A DNA stretch of 59,554 bases from Promethearchaeota archaeon (GTDB lineage: Archaea > Asgardarchaeota > Lokiarchaeia > Sigyniarchaeales > SOKP01): NCBI GenBank assembly GCA_019894885.1, contig JAGXNP010000002.1:1-59554 (forward strand), read 5' to 3'. The notes under the pieces were generated by a model that was given only the letters and a program-made list of their open reading frames with translations, did not search any database and was not told the DNA's origin. The position numbers and the translations under genes are program-made. Below are positions 1 to 7,974 of this stretch, in pieces (position 1 is the stretch's first letter; every line of letters starts with the position of its first letter).

Positions 1-1
1 A

Positions 2-1162
2 GTTCATAGAGAACTTGAAAAAGCGAAAGTATTCAAAGACGATTTCGTTCATGTTAAAGTAATTGTTGAAAACACTAGTAAAAGTAGTTTTGATTTTCTT
101 GAAATTAGAGATTACTACAATCCTCAACTCTTTAGGTTAGTATTAGGAGAAAATTATATTTCAACTAGAATTAGTTCAAAGAAAATAATAAAGTTCAGCT
201 ACATTCTCGAACCAAAAGTAAGAGGCGAGTATCCTTTGGGTCCTCTTTCTCTAATAGTCAAAGATAGGTTAGGATTTAACTCTGTAGAAAGAGTTGTTCC
301 GGATAGTGTATCTGATATCTTAGTTTATCCACCGTACGAGGATATTAAAAGAATTGAAATTTTAGGTTCTAAGCGCTCTTTAAACTTAAATTACGGACAA
401 CAACGATCTAAGCAAAAAGGACTTGGATCTGAATTCTATGGAATGAGAAAATATGTGTTTGGAGATCAATTTAGATTGATTGACTGGAAAGCAAGTGCTC
501 GGCATCAAAAATTAATTGTTAGAGAATTTGAAAGTGACAGAGATGTTACCGTTATGATCTTGGTAGACTCGTCTAATTCTATGGCAGGTGGTGCTATTGA
601 AAGCACAAAATTCGAGTATGCTATTAGAGCCTGTATGCTTTTAACTAAAGTCGCGTTGACTCGCAAAGATAATGTAGGTGTTTTTGCATTTTCAGATAGG
701 AAAAATTTCAAATTTTTAAAACCTGGGAGTGGAGAAGATCATTTTTACAAGGTATTAGATTTTGTTGCAAAAGTGAAACCACAAGGTAAGTCGAGATTTA
801 TTGAAGCGATGGGTTTTTTAAACCAGCGCTTTCAAAAACGTAGTTTGATTTTCATTATATCAGATTTAGAAGCAAATGTTAAAGAAATAGGACATGCAAT
901 CAGAAAACTAGTACCTTTCAACCATACTATTATCTTAATCAATCCATTCAGTCCATGGTTTGAAATCCATGAAATTGATTTATCATCAACAGATAAGGCT
1001 CTTGCAGAAGCTATCAGCGAAGAAATGATGGAGCACATCTTAGCATTAAAGCAAGAAGTAAGAAATTTAGGAGTAAACATCATAACAGTTGGGCCTGATG
1101 ATATGATGAACCAAGTTTTAGCGAAATATATGGAAGCAAAGAAAAAGGGGAGTGCGTATTAA
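2..1162 (+). CDS. DUF58-family protein (vWA-like fold), 5' end cut by window edge
   Basis: Frame is open from nt 2, so the track start at 236 is an internal TTG. Hallmark DUF58 motif FYGMRKYVFGDQFRLIDWKASAR and MIDAS-like VMILVDSSNSM. The family usually partners MoxR AAA+ ATPases. Confidence 0.8.
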   Translation, partial: VHRELEKAKVFKDDFVHVKVIVENTSKSSFDFLEIRDYYNPQLFRLVLGENYISTRISSKKIIKFSYILEPKVRGEYPLGPLSLIVKDRLGFNSVERVVPDSVSDILVYPPYEDIKRIEILGSKRSLNLNYGQQRSKQKGLGSEFYGMRKYVFGDQFRLIDWKASARHQKLIVREFESDRDVTVMILVDSSNSMAGGAIESTKFEYAIRACMLLTKVALTRKDNVGVFAFSDRKNFKFLKPGSGEDHFYKVLDFVAKVKPQGKSRFIEAMGFLNQRFQKRSLIFIISDLEANVKEIGHAIRKLVPFNHTIILINPFSPWFEIHEIDLSSTDKALAEAISEEMMEHILALKQEVRNLGVNIITVGPDDMMNQVLAKYMEAKKKGSAY

Positions 1163-1165
1163 AAG

Positions 1166-2599
1166 ATGACGAGATATTACCTTTTTATTCTAAAAGTTAT
1201 TAACGTACTTGTTTTCCTGTGGATTTTAATTATTTTTCTATCAATTTTTCATTTTGACGAAGTAATCACAACCAGTGAAGGAGAACTTGTTTTATCTTCA
1301 TTTCTGACTAGTTTAAGAAATATTTCGACATATATTATATTTACAGCAGCATATGGAGTTGCGTTTGTTTGTGTTATGGTCGCCTCTATTCTTTTTATTG
1401 CAGTTCAACCGTTCATGCGTACTTTATTAGATCAATTTTTTCGAGGATTGTTAAGTCTCTGGTTTACCTTTCCGAATGGTACCACACCGGAATTTAGTGA
1501 AATTCCAGATTTAATAGGTCAGGAATTCGCAGTATTCAGTGAAAATATCTATTTAATAGCATTTCAACTATTATTCATCATCGCTATCTATTACGCTATC
1601 AAAGCATTTCTGAGAACAGATCCAAAAAACGATATACGCGTTGTTGGAGCAATCGTTCTCATGTTGGTTATTCCACTTATGGTTTTTGGATTTAAAGATA
1701 TGCTAGAATTATTTAGTATACCTAGTCCATATTTTGACGATCTACCCTATCCTCTAGATCCATCATTAGAGGTGATTCCTATTGACAATATATTTCAATT
1801 TTTTGCCAGTCCTGTCATTCTTCTTGCAATTGCTTCTTATATATATTTAGAATTGGCTTTCCAAATAAATTATACATTCACTGTTACTAAACCATCCTTA
1901 GAAAGAAGTTATAGGTTAGAAGCTCAGTTAAGCGTGTTACAAAGTGAATCCTATTATATAACTGCAAATGTTGACAAAATTAAAGAAGAAGCAAAAAAAA
2001 GGAGACAGGAATTAAAAATTGATGAAAAAGCAACTATAGGAAAATTTTTCGCTAAGACAGGAGATAAGTTTTCTTATGTTAAGGAAATGATTGAAAAAAG
2101 GAAATTAGAGGACGAAGAAAAAAAATTAATTACCGCTGCTTCTAAGACGAGAAGACTTGGAAGATACTTACACCGACTTTTTCAAGAAGATAAAGAAGCA
2201 CGCGATAGTCTAACAGCCAGATCATCAGCACCTAAACCTAAAAGCCTAATAATTTCAACAGGTATCAATTTTATTTTCCGGGTTGGCTTACTGATAATCA
2301 TTAGCTTTATTATTATCCATCCAAAATGGTTCATGGAAAAAGTTTTTAATTTACCACCTGCTATCATTGAGAGTGTTGCAATGTTTTCTCCAGAAGTCAT
2401 AGTAATACTATTAATCCCATTGATACTAATATTCCCTGTGATTTCAAAGATTATCTCTTCAATAAAACATAGGAGTTTAATTATTCGGCTCCAACAAGAA
2501 GGTAGGATAAAAGAAATTCTAGCTTCAGTAGGGGATTATGTGAAGAAAGAAGAAATAAAAGAAGAAATAGATCTTGAAATTCAGGAAACTACAACGTGA
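1166..2599 (+). CDS. Polytopic membrane protein with central Lys/Glu-rich coiled-coil, unknown function
   Basis: 477-aa ORF starting 4 nt after the DUF58 stop, with GGGGAG SD-like sequence upstream. Hydrophobic helices at both ends flank a charged region (KIKEEAKKRRQELKIDEK...). No family motif recognised. Confidence 0.55.
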   Translation: MTRYYLFILKVINVLVFLWILIIFLSIFHFDEVITTSEGELVLSSFLTSLRNISTYIIFTAAYGVAFVCVMVASILFIAVQPFMRTLLDQFFRGLLSLWFTFPNGTTPEFSEIPDLIGQEFAVFSENIYLIAFQLLFIIAIYYAIKAFLRTDPKNDIRVVGAIVLMLVIPLMVFGFKDMLELFSIPSPYFDDLPYPLDPSLEVIPIDNIFQFFASPVILLAIASYIYLELAFQINYTFTVTKPSLERSYRLEAQLSVLQSESYYITANVDKIKEEAKKRRQELKIDEKATIGKFFAKTGDKFSYVKEMIEKRKLEDEEKKLITAASKTRRLGRYLHRLFQEDKEARDSLTARSSAPKPKSLIISTGINFIFRVGLLIIISFIIIHPKWFMEKVFNLPPAIIESVAMFSPEVIVILLIPLILIFPVISKIISSIKHRSLIIRLQQEGRIKEILASVGDYVKKEEIKEEIDLEIQETTT

Positions 2600-2610
2600 A
2601 GCCTACCATA

Positions 2611-3546
2611 TTATATTTCTAAATTAATTGTAAACTTTGCTATTTCTTTTTTTTTTTCTTTTGAGACCATTAAGGTATCAAAACAATAAGTGTTTATATC
2701 CATTTCCTTAATAATCGGCTTTAATGCACAATCTTTATTATCAATGATGAAATGGCTTATTATATCTCTATAATAATGCGCCACTCCAACACAAGAAACT
2801 TCGAGTCCCAGATGTTTCATCATTTTATCTGCTGGACCTTTTACTGTTGCCCCTTCTATAATTGGGCTTATAGCAATTACTTTTTGTTTGATGTTTTTTA
2901 AGGTTTTCCTAATTCCTGGAATCGTAAGTATAGTACCAATGGAGACTACAGGGTTCGAAGGACAAATTAGAACTCTCTCAGCATGCTTTATGTAATCGAG
3001 TACCCCCTTAACTGGTTTTGCTTTATCAATGCCTTGGAACTTAATGTCTAATATTCTTGGTCTACAATTATATCTAATGAAAAATTCTTCAAAATGCATT
3101 TCTTCTGAATCGGTTGTAATTATTGTTTGAACACTCTCATTAGTCATTGGTATAAGATGAGAAGTTATCCCCATTTTTTCAGCTATTTTCATAGTGATTT
3201 CTGCTTTACTAAATCCCTTCTTAAAAAGATCAGTTCTATATATGTGTGTCGCTAAGTCTTTGTCTCCTAAATTGAACCACTTAAAATCATAAAATTGTTT
3301 TAAAGATTTTAAACAATTAAAAGATTCGTCTTGAAAACCCCATCCTCTTTCTTTATCTACGATTCCCGCTAAAGTGTAAGTTATTATATCAATATCAGGG
3401 CAGATTTGTAAACCGTATAATTCTATATCGTCACCTGTATTTATAATGATCTTTAATAAAGCGGGATCAATTACATTAGCCAAACCTTCTATAAATTTAG
3501 CCGCTCCTACTCCACCTGCAAGTACTAAATAATAATTATCATCCAT
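2611..3546 (-). CDS. cofD: 2-phospho-L-lactate (or EPPG) transferase CofD, F420 biosynthesis
   Basis: 311 aa. N-terminal LAGGVGAAKF nucleotide-binding motif and overall CofD/YvcK-family pattern. Lies next to cofE. Confidence 0.85.
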   Translation of the reverse strand: MDDNYYLVLAGGVGAAKFIEGLANVIDPALLKIIINTGDDIELYGLQICPDIDIITYTLAGIVDKERGWGFQDESFNCLKSLKQFYDFKWFNLGDKDLATHIYRTDLFKKGFSKAEITMKIAEKMGITSHLIPMTNESVQTIITTDSEEMHFEEFFIRYNCRPRILDIKFQGIDKAKPVKGVLDYIKHAERVLICPSNPVVSIGTILTIPGIRKTLKNIKQKVIAISPIIEGATVKGPADKMMKHLGLEVSCVGVAHYYRDIISHFIIDNKDCALKPIIKEMDINTYCFDTLMVSKEKKKEIAKFTINLEI

Positions 3547-3556
3547 ATTTTAACGC

Positions 3557-4972
3557 TCATTCTTCTTTACTTATCCTAAAGATAATATCTTTCAATTCCT
3601 TACGATAAGGTTTTTGAGTTGTTTTAGTCGAATAACCTACTGTAAAAAATGCCATAGGTACGAAAGAACTTGGCAGTTTCAGTACTTCCTTGAGAATTTT
3701 TTTTGCAAAAAAAGGTGCGCAATACCAGCACGCAGATAATCCTTTATTTTCAAATGCAAGAAGTAAATAGGTTGCTGAGGCGCTTACACTCTGCACTCCC
3801 ATAATATATTCATTAAATTCTCGTGTTTTATCTGAATAGGTCTCTAAATCGTGTGTATCCATGCATAGGAGTATTAAATAAGGTGAATTGAGAAATTGAT
3901 TTCTTGTTTTATTTATTTTCTTAAAAACATAATTATCTGATTTGCCTTCAGATATCAAATCTTCTTTCAATTTAGAATTCATCTTCTTAATCAAAGTTTC
4001 ACGAATCTTTCCCTTTTCAATTATAATATATCGCCAGAATTGACCATTGTGAGCACTTGGAGCCCATCGAGCTATATCTATACAGTCTTCTATCAGTTTA
4101 ATACTTATTTCTTTATCACCAAACTCTGATTTATAACTTCTCCGAGATTTAAGAATGGTTTCAAAATTCCCAGTTATATGTTTCTCTCTAAATAAATCTA
4201 TCTCGCTTTTTCTTAAAATTTGGTTTATAGAAGATTTTTCCATTATTGAATATTTATATCCCCTGATTATAACAACTGGTAGACCTTCATCCGCTTCTCC
4301 CATGACTAATTGAGCAGCAGAAGCTAAACTGTCAATATGTCCGATGATTGTACTCTGTAATTCTTTCCCATATAAATCCTTACTACCTCGCTTGTCCAAT
4401 ATTGGAGATATTCCCGAAACACCTAGGGCTACTCCTACTGCCCCCAATCTAAACGATCTTCCAAACGAGTCTGAAATTAATACAGCAATTTTTTTTTTTG
4501 TCAAATTTTGAAGTGAAATCCGGATTTTTTCGGCTTCTTTGTCTGAATCTAAAGGGAGCAAAGAAATTATATCCCCTTTTCCGACATTAGATTTATCAAT
4601 ACCTGCATTTGCACATATAAAACCGTGGTTCGTTTCAACAATCATTACATGCTCTGCTTTTAAAACTTGTCTCGATTCATCTAATATTGCTTGAATTAGC
4701 TTAGGACTTTTATCAGGCAAATTATTTTTTCTTATCAATGGAGCCATTATATCGTAGAGATCGAAAGCCTCCTGACTTGGAACGATATCTTCTATATTTC
4801 TTAGTCTTCCAAGACTTTTTGATATTATAGTTTGGGCGATAATCACAATGTCTCCATCTTCTAATGAGATACTGTTTTTTGTTAAAGCATTAAAAATTGT
4901 TGATGGAATATTGTCGCCGGTTTTTATTAGGGGGATATCTTCTACCCCGATAATTTCTATTTTTCCGCTCAT
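3557..4972 (-). CDS. cofE: F420-0:gamma-glutamyl ligase fused to a C-terminal nitroreductase-like domain (FbiB-type architecture)
   Basis: N-terminal ~250 aa is CofE-like (IIAQTIISK..., NAGID.SN, LLP.D.D). The C-terminal half carries the nitroreductase signature ARWAPSAHNGQFWRY. 10 nt upstream of cofD. Confidence 0.8.
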   Translation of the reverse strand: MSGKIEIIGVEDIPLIKTGDNIPSTIFNALTKNSISLEDGDIVIIAQTIISKSLGRLRNIEDIVPSQEAFDLYDIMAPLIRKNNLPDKSPKLIQAILDESRQVLKAEHVMIVETNHGFICANAGIDKSNVGKGDIISLLPLDSDKEAEKIRISLQNLTKKKIAVLISDSFGRSFRLGAVGVALGVSGISPILDKRGSKDLYGKELQSTIIGHIDSLASAAQLVMGEADEGLPVVIIRGYKYSIMEKSSINQILRKSEIDLFREKHITGNFETILKSRRSYKSEFGDKEISIKLIEDCIDIARWAPSAHNGQFWRYIIIEKGKIRETLIKKMNSKLKEDLISEGKSDNYVFKKINKTRNQFLNSPYLILLCMDTHDLETYSDKTREFNEYIMGVQSVSASATYLLLAFENKGLSACWYCAPFFAKKILKEVLKLPSSFVPMAFFTVGYSTKTTQKPYRKELKDIIFRISKEE

Positions 4973-4997
4973 AATCTTAAATCTCCTTTTTAAAAAA

Positions 4998-6050
4998 TTA
5001 AATCTTATAATTCTTTAAATCTGAATCCTTGCTTTCTGCGTATTTTTCAAATTTATCTGGAATCGCACAACACGCTGAGAAGAAATTGAAGAAAACTTCA
5101 GGATCATAATTTTTTACCCATTTTAATGTATTTTTTGAAGGTATTTCAATCCTATTTATTCCAGCTTTAATAGCATATTTTTCTATCTCTAATTTCACTT
5201 CACCTCTTGGCCTCATACACCCTAAGGAAATTTCTGTGTCTGGGTAGACAAATCTAGTAATCGCACTAATTTTTGCGATATCACTTGGTTGAGGTCTTAG
5301 AAAATTATTTTCAGAATTATTTGGAGGGATTAAAGCAATCAATACTATTAACGAGGGATTCAATCCCGATTCTTTCAAAAACTTAATTGTTTCCAATTCT
5401 TTGTGAATCTTACCATAGAATAACCCTATACAAATGTGAGGAACGATATTTATTCCATATTTTTGCATGAAACTGATTGCTTTTTTATAATCGTCAATAT
5501 CTTTGTTTAAATGGTAAATATTGTTTATTATGTCTTTATCCATAGTAACATCAAAAGAAACGATATCAACTCCTACAAGTGCTAATTTTTTTGCAGTTTC
5601 TTCACTAAGCAACCCAGTATGAGCGTTGATTATTAAATTAGTTTTCTTCTTGATTTCTTTAATGGTATCTAAAAAGTTTAATAAAGGAACTGAACCATCG
5701 GGAAGACATCCTCCCGAAATTAAAACACCGATTCCATCGTTTTTGTATAATTTTAACAAATAGGATTTTAATTCGGAGTTATTCAGGATTGGTTTCATAT
5801 CTTTTAGATATTTTTTATTACAATGTTCGCAGTGTAATGAACATTCACTTCCAGTAATGCTGATGGCTGGAAACCGTTTGTTGGGGATATAAATTTTTAA
5901 TAGATTTCCAAATTTTCTCTTCTTTACTTTATAAGCAAGATTTAAAATCGTTTCTAATTCTCTATTATCAAGTTTTAACAATTTTTCATAATCTGACCAT
6001 GTTTGATTACCTAATTCAAATCTTTTAAATAGATCCTTAATATCATTCAT
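4998..6050 (-). CDS. Radical SAM protein, candidate subunit of a LipS1/LipS2-type lipoyl synthase
   Basis: CxxxCxxC motif (ECSLHCEHCN). ATG at 6050 overlaps the lplA stop as ATGAATGA, which I prefer to the track start at 6092. TIM-barrel-like radical SAM length. Confidence 0.65.
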   Translation of the reverse strand: MNDIKDLFKRFELGNQTWSDYEKLLKLDNRELETILNLAYKVKKRKFGNLLKIYIPNKRFPAISITGSECSLHCEHCNKKYLKDMKPILNNSELKSYLLKLYKNDGIGVLISGGCLPDGSVPLLNFLDTIKEIKKKTNLIINAHTGLLSEETAKKLALVGVDIVSFDVTMDKDIINNIYHLNKDIDDYKKAISFMQKYGINIVPHICIGLFYGKIHKELETIKFLKESGLNPSLIVLIALIPPNNSENNFLRPQPSDIAKISAITRFVYPDTEISLGCMRPRGEVKLEIEKYAIKAGINRIEIPSKNTLKWVKNYDPEVFFNFFSACCAIPDKFEKYAESKDSDLKNYKI

Positions 6051-6834
6051 ATTTTTCCAACCAATTCTTATTAGAATATTTTTTGGACACAAGTTTATCT
6101 GCTAAATCCAATTCATAATCTGTGAAATTTCCATCTATTAATTTAATTCCTAATGTCGCTTCGAAACCAGCTTTAAGATAACACAAGAAGTTCGTTTCAT
6201 CATATTGGTCTAATCGTTCTTTGATGCCGATGCACTTCGCAAATACAGATTTCACCATTTTAGTTTTCCCTACATTATAAGGTGCTTTTAAAACGGAATA
6301 CATAAGGTTAGGTTCAAGTTCCAATAAAATTGTTCCATGTTGAAGGAGATACCCCTTCTTTCTTATCTGTGCATTTCCTGAAAATTTCTTTCCATCTATA
6401 AAAATAGCAGGGCAATGAATAACTCCCTTTTGAGGTTGCAAGCCATATTGTGATAAAGCATTAACTATACCCGCCTCGATAATTTCAAATTGCTCAATCA
6501 CTTTCTTAGCGTTAAGGTTTTCTAGAAATTTCAGTGGACATACAATAGAATATGTAATTTCACGAGTACTATCATGAAATACAGCACCACCTCCTGTTAT
6601 CCTCCTTACAACATTAAAACCTTTTTCTTTAACAGTATTCAAATCTACTTCGTTAGAAATACTTTGATTTCTACCAATGGATACAGTTGATGGTTCCCAT
6701 TTAAAAAATCTTAGAGTATTAGGAATTTTTTTTTCTATAGCTGCATTTAGCATCGCTTCATCTAAAGCCATATTCCAATATCCATTTCTAGTTTCTAAGG
6801 GAAGAAATCTCCATTCTTTCAAGCCTTTTACCAC
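6043..6834 (-). CDS. lplA: Lipoate-protein ligase A, catalytic (N-terminal) domain type
   Basis: 263 aa. RRITGGGAVFHD and GKKFSGNAQ (lipoyl-AMP lysine region) motifs. GTG start overlaps the upstream radical-SAM stop by 1 nt (TAGTG). Confidence 0.85.
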   Translation of the reverse strand: MVKGLKEWRFLPLETRNGYWNMALDEAMLNAAIEKKIPNTLRFFKWEPSTVSIGRNQSISNEVDLNTVKEKGFNVVRRITGGGAVFHDSTREITYSIVCPLKFLENLNAKKVIEQFEIIEAGIVNALSQYGLQPQKGVIHCPAIFIDGKKFSGNAQIRKKGYLLQHGTILLELEPNLMYSVLKAPYNVGKTKMVKSVFAKCIGIKERLDQYDETNFLCYLKAGFEATLGIKLIDGNFTDYELDLADKLVSKKYSNKNWLEKYE

Positions 6835-7841
6835 TATTTTTTATGAATAGTATTAATTAAACTTTTAAAAATATCATCTATCTCATGTTTTAATAATGTT
6901 CTTGGATAATTATAAATGGGACCCGAAGGTCTTGATGTATAGTAAGGACGGTTGCAACCCGGACAGCCCGAAGTTAAAAACGCATCCGTATTGCAAATAA
7001 TATACCATAACTCCTTCTTAAATAAATTAAACTTAATAATTTCACCAAAATTATTAAAAGTAAAGTCCTTAAGAGTTCTATTATTGCTCACTAAAAGATA
7101 TCTTCCTAATTGTATTTTTCTAAAATTGAATAAATCTGGTTGGTTTAAATTTTCAAGTAATGTCCCTTTTATTGGCATAAATGCAAAAAGACTTACTCTT
7201 ATTCTTAAATCGTGAAGTTTCTTAATCATTTTCAGGATTTCAAGTGCAGTTTCTCCCAATCCCACTATTAAATGTGTTGTAACATTTCCCTCTCCAAAAA
7301 TTGTAAGCGCTTCTTTGAGATTTTGAATGTGGTTATCCCAATTATAAGGTCCTTTTACTATTTTTCCTTTTATGCGTTCAAAAATTTCAGGCGTAGCACC
7401 ATCAAGAGCTATACCCACCCTATCCACACCGAGAAGTTTTATTCTTTCTAAATTTTCTTTCCCCATCGGCGGTATTGCAGTAGATATTGGAATATTGCAT
7501 TTTTTTTTAATCTGGGTAACAATTTCTACAAGATCTTGAAAATTTTGCAAATAGTTTAAAGTTTGGATACAAATTCTTTTAAATCTTTTTGTGTGTGGCA
7601 GGTAATTTATTTTCGTCAAAAAATCTTTAAAATTAAAAACTGGCCAACTAACACGCGATAATAATTCAATGGAACTTTCTGATTCTCTAGCTTGTGGGCA
7701 AAAACCACAATTTGCACTGCAATGACCTGCTTTGTAGGTCATTAAATAGCATGTTGTAGGTACATCTTTAAATTTTTTAGTTTCATATAATCCAAGTATT
7801 GAAGCACTACCTATTGAAACCCTAATCTTTTCAACTGTCAC
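6834..7841 (-). CDS. Radical SAM protein (BioB/LipA-like), candidate second subunit of a LipS-type lipoyl synthase
   Basis: HCSANCGFCPQ CxxxCxxC motif, LIVGLGET motif typical of BioB/LipA-like enzymes, C-terminal Cys cluster CNTDAFLTSGCPGC. Overlaps the lplA start. Confidence 0.65.
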   Translation of the reverse strand: MTVEKIRVSIGSASILGLYETKKFKDVPTTCYLMTYKAGHCSANCGFCPQARESESSIELLSRVSWPVFNFKDFLTKINYLPHTKRFKRICIQTLNYLQNFQDLVEIVTQIKKKCNIPISTAIPPMGKENLERIKLLGVDRVGIALDGATPEIFERIKGKIVKGPYNWDNHIQNLKEALTIFGEGNVTTHLIVGLGETALEILKMIKKLHDLRIRVSLFAFMPIKGTLLENLNQPDLFNFRKIQLGRYLLVSNNRTLKDFTFNNFGEIIKFNLFKKELWYIICNTDAFLTSGCPGCNRPYYTSRPSGPIYNYPRTLLKHEIDDIFKSLINTIHKK

Positions 7842-7974
7842 TGGTCATACAAATTTTCAGTTACTAAAATCTTTTTTGTTAAAGAATATACCTCATTTCA
7901 AAAAAAATTTATTGTATAAATTATTTCAGTTTATATTTTTAACAAGTACATTATAAAAGATTATATGATATAAA

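Noticed and set aside
1166-2599. Downstream partner of DUF58 considered as a BatA/BatB-type vWA protein
   Set aside because: No DxSxS MIDAS or vWA pattern is present. It is left as an uncharacterised coiled-coil membrane protein.
4998-7841. Possibility that the two radical-SAM genes next to cofE/cofD are the FO-synthase subunits CofG/CofH
   Set aside because: Both are translationally coupled to lplA rather than to the cof genes. I also do not see the CofG/CofH-type CxxxCxYCxF context or their characteristic lengths and blocks. This cannot be fully excluded without alignment, so it is listed as the refutation test in the finding.
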